From Thalia democratica (lineage: Eukaryota), in assembly GCA_965202585.1 (NCBI GenBank), contig OZ241826.1:69130001-69194000 (forward strand): a stretch of DNA of 64,000 bases. Reading direction: 5' to 3'. Positions 61,701-64,000 of the stretch are shown piece after piece (position 1 is the first letter of the stretch; every line of letters starts with the position of its first letter). Under the pieces are notes generated by a model. The model saw only the letters and a program-made list of their open reading frames with translations. It was not told the DNA's origin and did not search any database. Made by a program: the position numbers and the translations under genes.

Positions 61701-64000
61701 GAACTACAGACCAAAGAAACAAAAAGAATAAGTAGTATTCTTTTAAGAAACGATTATCCAAGTATTGTAATTTTTTTTATTAAATTAAAACGTTGAACAA
61801 CGAATTTGAACTAAAATAAAAAAAAATAATTAAATTAAATAAGTAAATTTTGACCAATATTTTTTTAATTTCATAATTTTTTTATTAAATAAAAATACTA
61901 TTCGAAATTGTAATCTTTTTTGATTGTTACTTTCAAGTACTTAGATTAAACTATCAATACAAAAAAAGATTCAACTAAGGAGAAAAAATTTAAGTTACTT
62001 TAAAAATTTTGATAGGCTTTAAAAATTTTTAACATGTTTAATACGTTTATGTTTTAATATAACTGAGTAAAAGTTTGAAGACGGGCTTCCATAACATACT
62101 TCATATTTTTATTTTCTATAATTTTTTATCTATTACTTTAAAGAACTACAAGTATTTATTTTTTGATCAATAGTTGTACGTTAGTAATGCTTAATTATCT
62201 AATTTTCTTTTTCAAAGTAATTTTAATGCTGCATTTCGTAACTAAGTAATTAAAAAATTTATACAAAGTAGTTTTCTTGTGTTCTGACATATTCTTAACT
62301 GTTTTTTTACACCCCTTGTCGATTCCTTTATACATAGTAATTTGAGATTTTTGACTAAACTAGTGTTTATACTGAGTATATTGCATGTTCTAAACTTTAT
62401 AATTAACATTATATAATTTTATTATGAAACTTATACGATTGGATATTTTATTAGATAGCAAGTTATGAAATTTAAATAATTTTAATTAACCTAAAATATC
62501 CAATCAAACAGTATGTGTTTATGTTTTAAGTAATTGTAGAAACTATTGACTTATAGTTTACATTGTCGGATTATAAGTTTTGCTTAAGTGAAGTTTTTGT
62601 GATAAAGACGTATTCAGACTCAAGAGAGTGTTTAAAGTAGCTGTCGGTGTATTTTAAACTTTTATAAAATGTATGTGTTGTTTTAAATTTAATAAGTTAT
62701 ATGTTATCTAAACAACTCTAGAAAAATTCAATTAAAAAAAAAACTAACTAGTTTTAGTGTGCCGAATTTTTTATTGTTTATTCACAAGTTAAGCGCGACT
62801 TAAAAGTATTAAAAACATTTTTAGAAAGCTAAAATACAAATTATATATTGGTCGATGTTTTTATTGTTTGTATTAAATATTTTAAAATTCAAGTTAAGCT
62901 ATTTTAGGTCAGTTTAGCATTTTATACTAAATTGTAAGACTTTTCTTTCTTAAAAATTTAAAGTAATTAAAAACTTGTTTTAAAGTTGTCCGTGTCATTT
63001 TCTATAAAACTAGAATCACTGTACAGATAATGATTGACTATTTTTTAGGTAAACAAACTAAATTGAAGTCATCTAAGGAAAAATTGTTAACATTCAAACA
63101 AAACCAAACAAGTGTTTACATGATAATATTATCTCAAAGGTTTCAAAAGAATAAAAAAAAGTACAATTTTACTTAGAGATATCTAGTAAAAACTTGTCTT
63201 TTTGTTGAATTTAATACAAATATAAGTGTCCATATGATTGGTAAACTGTTGCCAAAATTTTGCTTGTCAAGCAAAAACTCTAGCCCGTGGTTTATTTATA
63301 TTTAAATAACAATAAATTTAAATAAAGTGAATTTAAACTTTTTTTCTACTAAAATTTTGCAAATTTGCTTCACAGTAAACGTGCTGCGGCGCTGACTGTT
63401 TTCTGCTCAACTAATTACATATTTGATGTCTTATATACTTTTTTGAAGTTAAACTTTTCAAAAACAATGTCGCCCGCGAATATACTTTTAGTTTTAATAT
63501 AACTCGTTCCATATAAAGAAGTGTAGAGTGCTAATTGATGACAGAGCTTAAGTTTTAGTTGTTGTTAAAATTATAAGCATAAAAGGTTCTACACCTTTAT
63601 GATAAGTTTATCTGCTAGTAGTTTTATGGACAACTTCTTTTTGTTACCTGCCTTTATTTTTTGATTAAGCAGGCATTTTAAAGTTTATTTAGGAAACTAA
63701 AAAAGTGTTTCTCATCCTAGTAAGTTATTTATACATATTTGAACTTTCATGTATTGTAGTTGCAAAGAAACAATTTCATAAAACTGTTTGCAAACATGTA
63801 GAATTTTTTATCAAATATCATTAAGGGTTTTATTGACTTTTGTTATGAAAATTGACATTTAAACAAAAAATCTTAGTGAAACACTCATATTTAAATGTTT
63901 TAAAATGTTAAAAATATTAATATTTATTAACCTTAAAATTCTATTATTTGTTTACTGCACAGTTTGTTTGCTACAGTAATTTTTATTAGTTTACGTGTTT

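Noticed and set aside
63380-63510. Small GC-richer patch with ATGTCGCCCGCG as a gene start or the PSMB1 first exon
   Set aside because: The ORF closes after 11 codons and I found no convincing splice donor; unsupported without transcript data.

Overview
This is very AT-rich eukaryotic (animal) genomic DNA; a cnidarian/Hydra-like origin is my impression only and cannot be proven here. The left ~46 kb is a rearranged tandem array of a ~7.7-7.9 kb unit, present four times (U1 <1-7263, truncated U2 ~11146-14292, U3 26786-36213, U4 36214-43904). Each unit carries a CpG-rich, single-ORF orphan gene: intact in U3 and U4 (408 and 412 aa from the first ATG), pseudogenised in U1 and U2. U1, U3 and U4 also carry a decayed divergent ORF and an old Charlie-like hAT element. 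U1 and U4 contain a 254-bp insertion with a 15-bp target-site duplication, a 166-nt terminally redundant monomer, a 5' inversion and a minimal type I hammerhead ribozyme core, i.e. a retrozyme or non-autonomous Penelope-like element; U3 shows the empty site. The U2/U3 junction holds nested insertions: a 5'-truncated CR1-group LINE, split by a Charlie-like hAT, which holds two copies of a composite hAT element. A third composite copy and a 12-mer microsatellite between two N gaps lie just downstream. The right part has MITE debris, one clear host gene (proteasome beta type-1, PSMB1, CDS without introns) and a decayed Penelope-like RT/GIY-YIG element. I saw no rRNA, tRNA or CRISPR array.
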